Positions 49,487 to 59,878 are shown, numbered from the stretch's first letter. The stretch: 64,000 bases of DNA from Nocardioidaceae bacterium (GCA_029266455.1 JAQSWV010000004.1:23330-87329), one strand, 5' to 3'. A program made the numbers and translations. Notes: a model not told the origin generated them from the sequence alone.

Positions 49487-50164
49487 TTAGTGGCCGCGGT
49501 GAGGGCGCGCTGCCGGGGTGGCGACGTGCAGCCAGTACGTCTCGTCGCGGGCGCCGAGGCGCACCGGGCACGGTTGGGTCTGCACCTGCCCGAAGACGGC
49601 GCCCAGCCGGTCGGCCAGGACTCTCGACTGGCTCATCGACCAGACCACGAGGGCGCCGCGGACGTCGAGCATCCGCCGGCACGCCCGCAGGAACGGCACC
49701 CGGTAGAGGTCGGCGTTCGCGTCGTGAACAAGGAAGTCGGGACCGTTGTCGACGTCGAGGAGCGCCAGGTCGTACGCGCCGGTGCCTGCGACCGCGACGG
49801 CGTCGGCGACGTCGGCGACCAGCACCGAGACCCTGGGGTCGGCCAGCGTCGCCGCGCCGCCGGGCACCAGCCCGGAGCGCAACCAGTCGACGAGTGCAGG
49901 CTCGAGCTCGACCACCGTCACCTGCTCGACGCGCGGGTCGTCCAGCACGGCCCGGAGCGTGACACCGAGGCCCAGCCCGGCCACCAGCACCCGGCGGGGG
50001 CTGGCGACCGCGGCCATGCCGGCCACCGCGAGCTGCCGCTCGCTGGTGGCTGCGGCGGCGTCCATCACGAAGACACCGTTGACCCGCAGCTCCAGTGCCT
50101 GGTCGTCGCGGCGGCGAAGGACCAGCTCGCCGCGTTCGGAGGCCGATCGCGCGAGCTCGGTCAC
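49487..50164 (-). CDS. spermidine synthase-like SAM-dependent methyltransferase fold protein
   Basis: Contains VLVAGLGLGVTL and ..DLALLDVDNGP, a pattern typical of spermine/spermidine-synthase-like proteins. Confidence 0.65.
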   Translation of the reverse strand: MTELARSASERGELVLRRRDDQALELRVNGVFVMDAAAATSERQLAVAGMAAVASPRRVLVAGLGLGVTLRAVLDDPRVEQVTVVELEPALVDWLRSGLVPGGAATLADPRVSVLVADVADAVAVAGTGAYDLALLDVDNGPDFLVHDANADLYRVPFLRACRRMLDVRGALVVWSMSQSRVLADRLGAVFGQVQTQPCPVRLGARDETYWLHVATPAARPHRGH

Positions 50165-50261
50165 GTGCCGTCGTCAGGGCCGGTGCGGGCGGTCGGGCTC
50201 ATCGCCACAGGGTGGCATGCGATTGCGCACGGGTCGCCGGTTCCCCGCTAGCGGCTCGGTC

Positions 50262-50296
50262 GCAGCCCGTGGCAGCCCGTGGCAGCCCGTGGCAGG
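50262..50296. repeat. 10-bp tandem repeat gcagcccgtg x3 plus a partial copy, nested between the 10-bp inverted repeats TGCGCACGGG (50224-33) and CCCGTGCGCA (50311-20)
   Basis: Read directly from the sequence. Confidence 0.85.
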
Positions 50297-50334
50297 CATG
50301 GCCGCGACTTCCCGTGCGCACTAGGGTCGGCCGC

Positions 50335-50748
50335 GTGGACGACGCCCTACCTGCCGACGCCCGTCGGGCCTCGCACGCCGACCGCGACGCCGTCGCCGAG
50401 CGGCTGCGCGAGGCCGCGGCGGACGGGCGGCTCACGCTCGACGAGCTCGGTGGCGTCGACCTGGATCTGCGCGAGGCCGAGCTGGAGTCGCGCGAGGTGG
50501 TCATCCGGGTCTTCGCGTTGCTGGGTGGCGTCGACATCGTGGTCCCGGACGACATGGTCCTCGACGCCAGCGGCTTCGGCTTCATGGGCGGCTTCGAGCA
50601 GCGCGACCCCGCCGGGGACCCCCCTCCCGACGCGCCGGTGGTCAAGGTCCGCGGAATGGCGCCGATGGGCGGCATCGATGCGGTACGCCGGCCGCGCCGG
50701 GGCAACACCGCGGTGGAGGCGCCGCACCATCGCGAGCTCGGCCGGTGA
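50335..50748 (+). CDS. DUF1707 domain protein (short form)
   Basis: Contains RASHADRDAVAERLREAAADGRLTLDEL. The GTG is at 50335. Its stop overlaps the start of the next gene. Confidence 0.6.
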   Translation: MDDALPADARRASHADRDAVAERLREAAADGRLTLDELGGVDLDLREAELESREVVIRVFALLGGVDIVVPDDMVLDASGFGFMGGFEQRDPAGDPPPDAPVVKVRGMAPMGGIDAVRRPRRGNTAVEAPHHRELGR

Positions 50749-52187
50749 GAAGGCTCAGCGCGCTGGACGCGCAGTTCCTCAACGTCGAGAGCCGTACCAC
50801 CACCGGCCATGTCGGAGCGGTGGTGCTGCTCGACCCGGCGGACACCGACAGCGGAGAACTGACTCTCGACGACGTGCGGGACGTGCTGGAGCCTCGGCTT
50901 CACCTCGCCGCCCCGTTCCGCGAGCGGCTGGTCGAGGTGCCGTTGGGGCTCGGCTACCCGTACTGGGCCGACGACCCGGAGTTCGACCTCGAGTACCACC
51001 TGCGGGAGGTGGCACTGCCGCAGCCCGGCACGGACGAGGAGCTGGGTGAGCAGGTGGCGCGGATCCACTCCCGCCCGCTGGACCGCTCCCGGCCCCTGTG
51101 GGAGATGTACCTCGTGCACGGCCTGGCCGACGGCAGGGTGGCGCTCTACGCAAAGATCCACCACGCGGCGATCGACGGTGTCTCCGGCGCGGAGATCCTG
51201 GCGACGATCATGGACACGACGCCCGAGCCGCGCGACGTCGACCCCGGCGGCTGGGAGCCGGACCGCGTGCCGTCGGCCTGGGAGCTGCTGCCGCGGGCGC
51301 TCGCGTCGGTGGCCGACCGGAGCCTCGACATGGTGACCGGTCTGCCCCGCTCGCTGCCGCACCTGACCGCGGTGCCGGGCGCCCAGCGGTTGCCCGGCGT
51401 CCGAGCGGTCGGCGAGGCGGTGACGGTCGTACGGGCCATCGTCGGGTTCCCGAGCGGTCCACGGACGTCGCGCGACCTGGTCGCTCCCCGCACGCCGTTC
51501 AACGGGCCCATCACCGCGCACCGGCGGGTCGCGTTCGCGTCGCTGCCGCTCGACGAGGTCAAGCAGGTCAAGGACGCGTTCGACATGACGGTCAACGACG
51601 TCGTGCTCGCACTCACCACAGGGGTGCTGCGCCGCTGGCTGCTCGACCGCGACGCGCTGCCCACCTCACCGCTGGTCGCGGCAGTGCCGGTCTCGGTACG
51701 CGACGACCGCTCCGAGTCGGGCGGGAACCTGATGTCGGTGATGGTCGTGGCGCTGCCGACGAACCTGCCCGATCCCGCGGCCCGGCTCGGAGCGGTGCAC
51801 CAGGAGGTGACGGCGGCCAAGGCGGAGTTCGACGCGGTGCCGGCGACGCTGCTGCAGGATCTCGCGACGCTGATGCCCACCGCCTTGAGCGGGCTGGCCT
51901 CGCGGGCACTGTTCCGGATGATGACCGCACCGGGAGCGCTGTTCAACCTGTTCGTGTCCAACGTGCAGGGACCACAGCTGCCCCTCTACATCGCCGGCGC
52001 CAAGGTCGACGCGGTCTACCCCGTCTCTGCGGTCAGTGACGTCAGTGGTGGGCTCAACCTCACCCTGTTCAGCTACGACGGCGCGCTCGACATCGGGCTC
52101 ATCGCCTGCCGCGAGATGGTGCCGGACCTGTGGGTGCTGGCGGCCTACCTCCGCGACGAGCTGGACGCCATGCTCGACCTCGTCTGA
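50745..52187 (+). CDS. wax ester synthase/diacylglycerol acyltransferase (WS/DGAT)
   Basis: Contains the active-site motif HHAAIDGVSG and is 480 aa. Confidence 0.9.
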   Translation: MRRLSALDAQFLNVESRTTTGHVGAVVLLDPADTDSGELTLDDVRDVLEPRLHLAAPFRERLVEVPLGLGYPYWADDPEFDLEYHLREVALPQPGTDEELGEQVARIHSRPLDRSRPLWEMYLVHGLADGRVALYAKIHHAAIDGVSGAEILATIMDTTPEPRDVDPGGWEPDRVPSAWELLPRALASVADRSLDMVTGLPRSLPHLTAVPGAQRLPGVRAVGEAVTVVRAIVGFPSGPRTSRDLVAPRTPFNGPITAHRRVAFASLPLDEVKQVKDAFDMTVNDVVLALTTGVLRRWLLDRDALPTSPLVAAVPVSVRDDRSESGGNLMSVMVVALPTNLPDPAARLGAVHQEVTAAKAEFDAVPATLLQDLATLMPTALSGLASRALFRMMTAPGALFNLFVSNVQGPQLPLYIAGAKVDAVYPVSAVSDVSGGLNLTLFSYDGALDIGLIACREMVPDLWVLAAYLRDELDAMLDLV

Positions 52188-52221
52188 CGTCATCCGGAGT
52201 GGGGGATACCGGCGGCGGGTC

Positions 52222-53127
52222 CTATGACGTTGCGCGGGAGCGGGTGCGGGAGGCGGTGCGGACGATCGCCTCCACGAACACCGGCCACAGCGACCGCGGC
52301 AGGTCGTGCGCCATGCCGGGGACCAGGACCAGCTCGGCGTCCGGCACCGCCCGGGCGGTGGCCCGGCCGCCCGACGGGTGCACCAGCCTGTCCTGGAGGC
52401 CGTGCACGACGCAGGTCGGCATCCGCAGGCCGCGGAGCGCCTCGGTGCGGTCCGGCTGGGTGACGACCGCGAGCGTCTGCCGGGTCGCACCGGCCCGGTC
52501 CGGTCCGCGCTCCCAGGTCTCGGCCGCGCGCTCGCGGACCTCCTCCTCGCTCTGGGGATAGCCGGGGGAGCCGATGACAGCCCAGGCGGCGGGTGCCCGC
52601 CTGATGTACTCCTCCCGGGTACGGGCCGGGGGCGCCAGCAGCAGCCGCAGCAGCCGCGGGGACGCCCAGCCGACCCGACGGCTGCCGGTGGTCGACATGA
52701 TCGACACCAGTGAGCGGACCCGCCCCGGCCGGGCCACCGCCATCGTCTGGGCGATCATGCCGCCCATCGAGACGCCCGTGACGTGTGCTGACACGATGCC
52801 CAGCGCGTCCAGCAGCCCGAAGGCGTCGTCGGCCATGTCGCTGAGCTGGTACGGCGCCGAGCCGCGGTCACCGAGGTAGGCCCGAAGCAGCCGTTGACGG
52901 GTCAGCCTGGCGCTGTCCTGGATTCGCGACGAGCGGCCGATATCGCGGTTGTCGTAGCGGATGGCGAGGAACCCTCGCTCGGCCAGCATCGTGCACAGGT
53001 CGCGGTGCCACCAGTTCATCGGACCGCCGAGGCCCATGACCAGCAGCAGGGGCTCGGCGCCTGCGTCGCCGAAGGTCTCGTACGCGATGTCGATACCGCT
53101 GGCCAGGCGCACGGATGCTTCGGTCAC
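52222..53127 (-). CDS. alpha/beta hydrolase
   Basis: Has the nucleophile elbow GVSMGGM and the HG oxyanion region LLLVMGLGG. Confidence 0.8.
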   Translation of the reverse strand: MTEASVRLASGIDIAYETFGDAGAEPLLLVMGLGGPMNWWHRDLCTMLAERGFLAIRYDNRDIGRSSRIQDSARLTRQRLLRAYLGDRGSAPYQLSDMADDAFGLLDALGIVSAHVTGVSMGGMIAQTMAVARPGRVRSLVSIMSTTGSRRVGWASPRLLRLLLAPPARTREEYIRRAPAAWAVIGSPGYPQSEEEVRERAAETWERGPDRAGATRQTLAVVTQPDRTEALRGLRMPTCVVHGLQDRLVHPSGGRATARAVPDAELVLVPGMAHDLPRSLWPVFVEAIVRTASRTRSRATS

Positions 53128-53143
53128 CGGATCGAGGTTACCG

Positions 53144-54109
53144 CTAGGAGCTGACCGCCTCCGGGTCAGCGGACGGGCCCCCGGCGAGCGCCGGGAGCTC
53201 GTTGATCCAGGGCGGGTCTGCGCCGGGTCGCGAGCAGGTCACGGCGGCCGCCCCGATCGCCAGGGCCCCGAGCCAGGCCAGCGTGTCCCCGGCCGTCTCG
53301 TCGGTGGTCAGCGTCCGAGGCGACAGCAGGTCGTGCTGCAGCAGGCCGGCCAGCAGGGCGGACATGAAGCTGTCCCCGGCACCGATCGTGTCGGCCACCT
53401 GGACGGGTGGGGCCGCCACCCGCTGCCGCCGCTCGCCCGCAGCCAGCACCGCGCCCTCGCCGCCCCTGGTCACGGCGACGAGCGGCTCGCTCGGCGCCCC
53501 GGCCAGCGTCGACACCACCGTCTCCAGTGCCTGCCCCGGCCACAGCACCTCGGCGTCCTCGTCGCTGAGCTTGACCACGCTGGCCAGCTCCAGCATCTCC
53601 TCGACGAGGACGCGGACCTGGTCGATGTCGGGGGTGAGGCTGGGCCGCACGTTGGGGTCGATGGAGACCGGGACACCGGCACTGGCGGCCGCGCGGACGA
53701 GCCCCCGCACTGCGCTCGCGCCCGGAAGCAGGGTCGCGCCGATCGACCCGACATGCACGAGCCTGAACCCCGCCGGGTCGGGCAGCTGGACCGGGTTCCA
53801 GGTGATGTCGAAGTCGTAGGTCGCCGAGCCGTTGTCCCGCAGGGTGGCGGTCGCCGTGGCCGTGTCGTGGTGCGGAGGCAGGCGCAGCAGCCTGACCCCG
53901 GAGTGCTCCAGGTGCGCGGTGACCGCGGCACCGTGCCGGTCGTCGCCCACCTGCGCGCCCAGCGTGGTGGGCAGGCCGAGCCGGCCGAGCCCGACCGCGA
54001 TGTTGAGCGGCGAGCCTCCCGGGTGCTCGGTGCGCTCGCCGTCGCGAACTCGCACGTCGACGAGCGCCTCGCCGACCACCAGAACCCGGCCCGGGTCACC
54101 GTCAGCCAC
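53144..54109 (-). CDS. PfkB-family carbohydrate kinase (fructokinase-like)
   Basis: Contains the C-terminal DTIGAGDSF motif and an N-terminal GEALVD. Confidence 0.8.
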   Translation of the reverse strand: MADGDPGRVLVVGEALVDVRVRDGERTEHPGGSPLNIAVGLGRLGLPTTLGAQVGDDRHGAAVTAHLEHSGVRLLRLPPHHDTATATATLRDNGSATYDFDITWNPVQLPDPAGFRLVHVGSIGATLLPGASAVRGLVRAAASAGVPVSIDPNVRPSLTPDIDQVRVLVEEMLELASVVKLSDEDAEVLWPGQALETVVSTLAGAPSEPLVAVTRGGEGAVLAAGERRQRVAAPPVQVADTIGAGDSFMSALLAGLLQHDLLSPRTLTTDETAGDTLAWLGALAIGAAAVTCSRPGADPPWINELPALAGGPSADPEAVSS

Positions 54110-54118
54110 TGCCGCTCC

Positions 54119-55186
54119 TCACTGTCCGAAGTCGACCGATGCGTACGCGCGCAGCTTCTCCAGCCGGTGCGCACTGCTGATCTCGCGGATCGTCCCGCTG
54201 CGCGAGCGCATCACCAGCGAGTGGGTGCTGCAGGAGCCCGACGTGTAGCGCACCCCCTGCAGCAGCTCGCCATCGGTGATTCCCGTGGCCACGAAGAAGC
54301 AGTCGTCGCCCGACACGAGGTCGTCGGTGGACAGCACCCGCTCGAGATCATGGCCGGCATCGAGGGCGCGCTGCCGCTCGTCGTCGTCGCTGGGATGCAG
54401 CCGGGCCTGCAGAACGCCGCCCATGGCCTTGAGCGCGCAGGCCGCGATGATGCCTTCGGGGGTTCCGCCGATCCCGAGCAGGAGATCGACACCGGTGCCG
54501 GGGCGGGCGGCCATGATGGCCCCGCCCACGTCGCCGTCGGTGATGAACTTGATCCTCGCGCCGGTCGCGCGCACCTCGTCCACGATGCCGGCGTGCCGCG
54601 GCCGGTCGAGGATGCAGACCGTCACGTCGCCGGGGGAGCAGCCCTTGGCCTTCGCCACCGCGGCGATGTTCTCGGCGGCCGGCAGCCTGATGTCGACGGA
54701 GTCCGCCGCGTCCGGCCCGGTGGCCAGCTTGTCCATGTAGAACACCGCCGACGGGTCGTACATGGTGCCGCGGGGCGCGACCGCGAGCACCGACAGCGCG
54801 TTGCTCATGGCCTTGGCCGTCAGGGTGGTCCCGTCGATCGGGTCGACCGCGACGTCCACCTCCGGGCCGGTGCCGTCCCCCACCTCCTCGCCGTTGTACA
54901 GCATCGGGGCATGGTCCTTCTCGCCCTCACCGATGACGACGACGCCGTTCATCCCCACGGTGCTGATGAGCACGCGCATGGCATTGACCGCGACTCCGTC
55001 CGCGCCGTTCTTGTCGCCGCGGCCGACCCAGCGTCCGGCTGCCATCGCTGCCGCCTCGGTCACGCGAACGAGGTCGAGGGCGAGGTTGCGGTCCGGTGCC
55101 TGGGCAGGGGTGTCGAGGTGGCCCGGAGGCCGGCCGTCGGCCGGGGGCGTGTCGGGGGGACCGGGTTGCTCCTGCGTCGTTGACAT
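54119..55186 (-). CDS. glpX: class II fructose-1,6-bisphosphatase
   Basis: Shows full-length GlpX-type similarity (RVTEAAA.A...VGRGDKN.AD..AV..MR). It is adjacent to fumC, which matches my memory of mycobacterial gene order. Confidence 0.95.
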   Translation of the reverse strand: MSTTQEQPGPPDTPPADGRPPGHLDTPAQAPDRNLALDLVRVTEAAAMAAGRWVGRGDKNGADGVAVNAMRVLISTVGMNGVVVIGEGEKDHAPMLYNGEEVGDGTGPEVDVAVDPIDGTTLTAKAMSNALSVLAVAPRGTMYDPSAVFYMDKLATGPDAADSVDIRLPAAENIAAVAKAKGCSPGDVTVCILDRPRHAGIVDEVRATGARIKFITDGDVGGAIMAARPGTGVDLLLGIGGTPEGIIAACALKAMGGVLQARLHPSDDDERQRALDAGHDLERVLSTDDLVSGDDCFFVATGITDGELLQGVRYTSGSCSTHSLVMRSRSGTIREISSAHRLEKLRAYASVDFGQ

Positions 55187-55277
55187 CCCACGCCCCTCAC
55201 CGCTCGGCTGCTTGCCCGGATGCTACTGCCCCATGTCGACGCGGCGCCGGTGTCGAGCGCGACGGACGCATCCGGGC

Positions 55278-56384
55278 TCAGGCGGGGTACACCGTGACCT
55301 CGGTCGCCTTGACCGACACCCACACCGGGGCGGCCGGCGCCAGGTCGAGCTCGGCGACCGCGGCCGGCGTGACGTCGGCCAGCAGCGACACCGGTCCCGC
55401 CACTTCCAGCCGCACGATGTCGCCGTGCGGTGTCATGCCGGTGATCTCACCACGCCACACGTTGCGCGGGCTGCCCTCCGGCCGCTGCCCGTGGACGGAG
55501 ACCGCGCCCGGTGCCCAGCAGCAGAACACGTCGCCGTGCTGCTCCGTGGCGGTGACGACCTGCGCGGGCTCGCCGGTGCCGCCGGTGCCGTCGGTGCCGC
55601 TCGTCATGGTGACCAGGTGCCCGGCCGACGTGCCCCGGACGAGGTTGAGCCCGACCAGCGCCGCGACGTGTGCGCTGCGTGGCCGTCCGGCCACCTCGGC
55701 CGGCCGGCCGGCCTGCTCCACCCGCCCGGCGTCGAGCACGACCACGACATCAGCCAGCACCAACGCGTCCAGGGCGTCGTGGGTCACGAGCACGGTCGGC
55801 ACGCCGACGTGGGCCAGGTGGTGCCGCAGGAAGCTGCGCAGCTCGAGCACCGCGCGCACGTCCAGCGCGGCCAGCGGCTCGTCGAGCAGCAGCAGCGCGG
55901 GCCGGGCGGCCAGCGCGCGCACGATGGCGACCCGGCGCGCCTGGCCGCCCGACAGCTCTGACGGCCTGCGGTCGGCCAGCTCACCGAGGCCGGTGCGCTC
56001 CAGCCACCCGGTGGACTCGCGGCGCGCCTCGGCCCGATCGGCGCCACGGTGGCGGAGTCCGAAGGCGACCTGGTCGCGTACTCGCAGGTGCGGGAACAGC
56101 AGGGACTCCTGTGGGACGAGCCCCACCCCCCGCCGCTGCGCCGGCACCCGGATGCTGCGGCCGGGCTCCTCGAGGCTGCGTCCGCCCAGGCGCACATGTC
56201 CCGCCGACAGCGGGTGCAGTCCGGCGAGCATGCGCAGCGCGGTGCTCTTGCCGGCACCGTTGGGTCCCAGCACGGCTACCACCTCTCCGACGCCGGCCGC
56301 GAGTCGGACGTCGAGGGTGAACGCGCCCGTCCCCCGGGGCGGTGCCGTGACCAGATGGGCGTCGAGCGGGCCCGGGCGGGTCAC
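55278..56384 (-). CDS. modC: molybdate ABC transporter ATP-binding protein with a C-terminal TOBE domain
   Basis: Has GPNGAGKST, LSGGQARR and LLLDEPLAALD motifs plus a TOBE-like C-terminus. The GTG at 56384 was chosen. The ORF-track start at 56597 is inside modB. Confidence 0.82.
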   Translation of the reverse strand: MTRPGPLDAHLVTAPPRGTGAFTLDVRLAAGVGEVVAVLGPNGAGKSTALRMLAGLHPLSAGHVRLGGRSLEEPGRSIRVPAQRRGVGLVPQESLLFPHLRVRDQVAFGLRHRGADRAEARRESTGWLERTGLGELADRRPSELSGGQARRVAIVRALAARPALLLLDEPLAALDVRAVLELRSFLRHHLAHVGVPTVLVTHDALDALVLADVVVVLDAGRVEQAGRPAEVAGRPRSAHVAALVGLNLVRGTSAGHLVTMTSGTDGTGGTGEPAQVVTATEQHGDVFCCWAPGAVSVHGQRPEGSPRNVWRGEITGMTPHGDIVRLEVAGPVSLLADVTPAAVAELDLAPAAPVWVSVKATEVTVYPA

Positions 56385-56397
56385 GAGACGCTGCCCG

Positions 56398-57231
56398 TCA
56401 CGAGACGGGCCCGGCCATCCAGCGCTCGCGCAGCAGGGCCAGGATGGCGACGCTGACCACCAGCAGCACCAGGCTGAGCAGGATCGCGGCCTCGAAGTCG
56501 GTGTTGCGTGCCGCGTAGATGGCCAGCGGCATCGTCCGGGTGGTGCCCGGGTAGCTGCCGTTGAAGGTGATGGTGGCCCCGAACTCGCCGAGCGCACGGG
56601 CCCAGGCGAGCACCGCCCCAGAGAGTACGCCGGGTGCCGCCAGCGGCAGTGTCACCCGGCAGAACGTCTGCCACCGGCTGGCCCCGAAGGTCGCGGCCAG
56701 GTCGTCGTACCGGGCGTCGGCCGAACGCAGCGCCCCCTCGACCGCCAGCACGAGAAAGGGCATCGCCACGAAGCTCTGTGCCACCACGACCCCGAGCGTG
56801 GTGAACGGCAGCCGCAGCCCCAGCGTGTCGTCGAGCCAGCCTCCTGCCACGCCGGTTCGGCCGAACGCCGCCAGCAGGGCCACACCGCCGACGACCGGTG
56901 GCAGCACCAGAGGAACCGTCACCATCGCGCGTAGCACCCGGCGACCGGGGAAGCTGGCCCGCGCCAGCAGCCAGGCCAGCGGCACGCCGAGCAGCAGGCA
57001 GACCACCATGCTGGCGGTTGCGGTCAGCAGGCTGAGGCGCAGCGCCTGACCGACCTCCGGGTCGGTGAGGCGCGCCGGAAGGGTGGACCAGGGTGCCCGG
57101 ACCAGCAGGCCGGTCAACGGCAGCACGAGCAGGGCGACGGCGAACGCCGCCGGCACCAGCAGCTGCCAGGGCACCCGCCCGGTCGCAGCGCCGGTGCCGG
57201 CCCCCAGCGCGACGGCGGGCCGCCCGCTCAC
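56398..57231 (-). CDS. modB: molybdate ABC transporter permease
   Basis: Has 5-6 TM helices and an EAA-like loop (ALGEFGAT). The GTG at 57231 overlaps the modA stop. Confidence 0.88.
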   Translation of the reverse strand: MSGRPAVALGAGTGAATGRVPWQLLVPAAFAVALLVLPLTGLLVRAPWSTLPARLTDPEVGQALRLSLLTATASMVVCLLLGVPLAWLLARASFPGRRVLRAMVTVPLVLPPVVGGVALLAAFGRTGVAGGWLDDTLGLRLPFTTLGVVVAQSFVAMPFLVLAVEGALRSADARYDDLAATFGASRWQTFCRVTLPLAAPGVLSGAVLAWARALGEFGATITFNGSYPGTTRTMPLAIYAARNTDFEAAILLSLVLLVVSVAILALLRERWMAGPVS

Positions 57232-58016
57232 GGCGACTTCTCCGCGGCTGCCGGCGCGGGCAGGAACCCGTGGTCGAGCAGCACCCGCCGACCGGCCCTG
57301 GAGATCAGCAGGTCGACCCACACCTGTGCCGCGTCGGTGTCGGGGCCATCCAGCACCACGGCCACGTCCGGGGTGCGGACGTTGTCCGCCGCCGGCACCG
57401 GGATCGCGCGCACGCGCCCGCCTGCTGCCTGCGCGTCGCTGGCGAAGACGAGCCCGGCATCAACCTCACCCTCGACGACCTTGCCGAGGGTGTCGCGTAC
57501 GGAGTCCTCCTCGGTCACCGGAGGGGCGGTCACCCCGGACCGGGCGAGCAGCGTCGCACTGGCGGCGCCGCACGGCGCCTCGGGCACGCACACGGCGTAC
57601 GCCACGTCGCTGTCGTCGAGGTCGGTGATCCCCTCGATGTTGCCCGGGTTGTCGGCCGGGGTCACGAGGACCAGCTCGTTGCGGGCGAAGACGACCGGCT
57701 CCGCACCGAGGCCCTCCTCGACGACGGTGCGCATCGTTGCGCGGTCCGCGGTGGCGAGCACGCCGGCCGGAGCCCCCTGCACCACCTGCTCGGCCAGCGT
57801 GCTGGACGAGTCGAACGACAGCTGCACGTCGACGTCCGGGTGCTGAGCCTCGTACGTGCCCTCGAGATCGTCGAAGACGTCGGTCAGCGAGGAGGCGGCG
57901 AGCACGGTGAGGGTCGAGGCGGGCTCGTCGCCGCCGGCCCCGCATCCGGCGAGTCCCAGCACGGTGGCGACCAGCCCGGCGGTGAGGGGGACCGCGGCGA
58001 CCGACCGGACGGTCAC
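57228..58016 (-). CDS. modA: molybdate-binding periplasmic lipoprotein
   Basis: Has lipobox LGLAGCG and a ModA-type core (LTVLAASSLTDVF...SF.SS..L..Q). The GTG at 58016 overlaps the upstream gene's stop. Confidence 0.85.
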   Translation of the reverse strand: MTVRSVAAVPLTAGLVATVLGLAGCGAGGDEPASTLTVLAASSLTDVFDDLEGTYEAQHPDVDVQLSFDSSSTLAEQVVQGAPAGVLATADRATMRTVVEEGLGAEPVVFARNELVLVTPADNPGNIEGITDLDDSDVAYAVCVPEAPCGAASATLLARSGVTAPPVTEEDSVRDTLGKVVEGEVDAGLVFASDAQAAGGRVRAIPVPAADNVRTPDVAVVLDGPDTDAAQVWVDLLISRAGRRVLLDHGFLPAPAAAEKSP

Positions 58017-58408
58017 GGGGTCTCCACCACCACCGTGGTGGCCTTGACGACGGCGTCGGCGACCACGCCGGGCTGGAGACCGAGGGCGTCCGCCGCCTCC
58101 CGGCTCATCAGTGAGACCACGCGGTACGGGCCGCAGCACAGCTCCACCTGGGCCATCACGGTGTCGCGGGTGACGTCGGTGACGATGCCTCGGAGCCGGT
58201 TGCGAGCACTGGTCGTCGTGGGGCTGGTGGCAGCGCCCTCCAGGTGCGCCCGGTCGGCGGCCAACGCGGCGAGCTCGCGCCCGTCGATGCCCGCCGCGCC
58301 GGCAGGGGTGGTGGTCGGGGTGACCCGTCCCTGGTCGGCCCACCGGCGCAGTGTGTCGTCGCTGACCCCGAGCAGCGCGGCGGCCTCGGAGAGCCGGTAG
58401 ACAGGCAT
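58013..58408 (-). CDS. MerR/excisionase-type HTH fused to a TOBE (molybdopterin-binding, Mop-like) domain; probable molybdate-responsive regulator
   Basis: Has the N-terminal HTH YRLSEAAALLGVSDDTLRRWADQG and a C-terminal SARNRLRGIVT...V.V TOBE pattern. It is the first gene of the mod operon. Confidence 0.75.
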   Translation of the reverse strand: MPVYRLSEAAALLGVSDDTLRRWADQGRVTPTTTPAGAAGIDGRELAALAADRAHLEGAATSPTTTSARNRLRGIVTDVTRDTVMAQVELCCGPYRVVSLMSREAADALGLQPGVVADAVVKATTVVVETP

Positions 58409-58468
58409 CGGCAGAGGCTACCGCAACTGCGGCTTGTCTGTGCGTGACACGTGTAGCGAATGCGGCGG

Positions 58469-59878
58469 CTAGGGGGCGGCTGTATCGGTATCCGCGGAAG
58501 CGCCGCGGCGCCTGCGCCGGCGCAGGCGCTGCAACGGGTTGAGACGTGGGTGGCGGGGCCCGACCAGCCGTGGGCCGGCCAGCCGGTTCTCCAGCCGACG
58601 GGCCTCGCGCTTGAGCGGCTGCGCGATGTACTCGCCCAGCAGGACGCCGGACGCCAGGCCGATGGCGATGCTCATCGCGGTCAGCAGTGACAGCAGCCCG
58701 GCGAGGTCGTCCTGGGTGAGCAACTCGGTCAGGCCGCGATAGATGGTGAGACCGGGCAGCAGGCCGACGATGCCGCTGACCACGATGATCAGGGGCGGGA
58801 CGCGGAACCGGCCGGCCAGCGAGTAGCTCGCGATGCCGATGACGACGGCGGCCATCGCGGAGGACCAGGCGACCCCGATCGCGGCACTCGTCAACGGAAC
58901 GTACACGGCCTGCCCGACGAGCCCGACCGCAGCGATGGGCAGCAGCGCGCGCGTCGGCCCGAAGCAGCTCACCGCGAACGCGACCGACACCACGGTGCCG
59001 CCCATCAGCGCGGACGGGAGGTCCGAGAGCTGGGTGGGCACGGCCGCCTCCAGAGGAAGGTCGAAGCCCAGCCGCACGCCGGCGCTGAGACCGAGGCTCA
59101 CGCCGGCGATGACGCCGCCGGTGAGCAGCAGGGACTCGAAGGTGCGCGCCGTCGCCGTCACGTAGTAGCCGGTGAGGGCGTCCTGCACCGCACCCACCAG
59201 CGTGATGCCGGCCAGTCGTACGACGATGCCCGACGCGACTATCAGCGACGGGGCGACCGGCACGTCCAGCTCGTGCAAACCGTGCGCGACCAGGGTCACG
59301 ACGAAGCCGGCCGCGACCTGGTGGTAGAAGACCGGGATCCGCCAGCGGATCAGCATGCGCACGATCTGGTCGACCAGAAGGGCGCTCACGAGTGCTCCCG
59401 CCACCGCGAGCAGGCTGCCCTGCAGCAACATCGCCACACCTGCGGCCATCGCGCCGGCCGCCGCCGACGCCAGCCAGTCGGGGTAGCGAGACGGGGTCGA
59501 GCGGATCGTGTTCAGCCGGCTGCTGGCCTCCGTACGGGTGATCGAACCGTCTCTCAGCTCACGGACCAGCTGATCGACGTCGGCCAGCAGGCCGTAGTCG
59601 GTGCCGCGGTACGTCACCGTGCGCGTGAATGTCTGTGGCGCCGCCTCCGACCGGGACGAATAGGAGACGGTGATGGTGGTGAAGCTGACGTCCACGGCAC
59701 ACCCGCGCAGCCCACCAGCGGTGGTGACGGCCAGCGCCGTCGCGGACACGTCCGCCGCCCCGGCGCCGTTCGACAGCACCAGCTCACCGACCCGCAGGGC
59801 CAGGTCGATGACCCGTCGGGTCTCGACGGCCTCGCTCTCGTCGTCCGTCCCCTCCTGCAACTCCACGCGTGGCAGCAT
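58469..59878 (-). CDS. threonine/serine exporter family protein (ThrE; fused DUF1212 and DUF3815)
   Basis: Contains IDLALRVGELVLSNGAGAADV and about 10 TM helices. The ATG at 59878 was chosen. The ORF-track start at 60211 is an Arg/Pro-rich extension. Confidence 0.8.
   Translation of the reverse strand: MLPRVELQEGTDDESEAVETRRVIDLALRVGELVLSNGAGAADVSATALAVTTAGGLRGCAVDVSFTTITVSYSSRSEAAPQTFTRTVTYRGTDYGLLADVDQLVRELRDGSITRTEASSRLNTIRSTPSRYPDWLASAAAGAMAAGVAMLLQGSLLAVAGALVSALLVDQIVRMLIRWRIPVFYHQVAAGFVVTLVAHGLHELDVPVAPSLIVASGIVVRLAGITLVGAVQDALTGYYVTATARTFESLLLTGGVIAGVSLGLSAGVRLGFDLPLEAAVPTQLSDLPSALMGGTVVSVAFAVSCFGPTRALLPIAAVGLVGQAVYVPLTSAAIGVAWSSAMAAVVIGIASYSLAGRFRVPPLIIVVSGIVGLLPGLTIYRGLTELLTQDDLAGLLSLLTAMSIAIGLASGVLLGEYIAQPLKREARRLENRLAGPRLVGPRHPRLNPLQRLRRRRRRGASADTDTAAP

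Noticed and set aside
50335-50748. The DUF1707 gene as a truncated pseudogene.
   Set aside because: It is shorter than many family members, but the frame is intact and it is start-stop coupled to the WS/DGAT gene. I have no evidence of disruption.
55215-55276. A 9-bp inverted repeat CCCGGATGC...GCATCCGGG abutting the modC stop.
   Set aside because: The spacer is long (44 nt) and the arms are short. It could be a weak terminator for the mod operon, but it is not distinctive enough to call.
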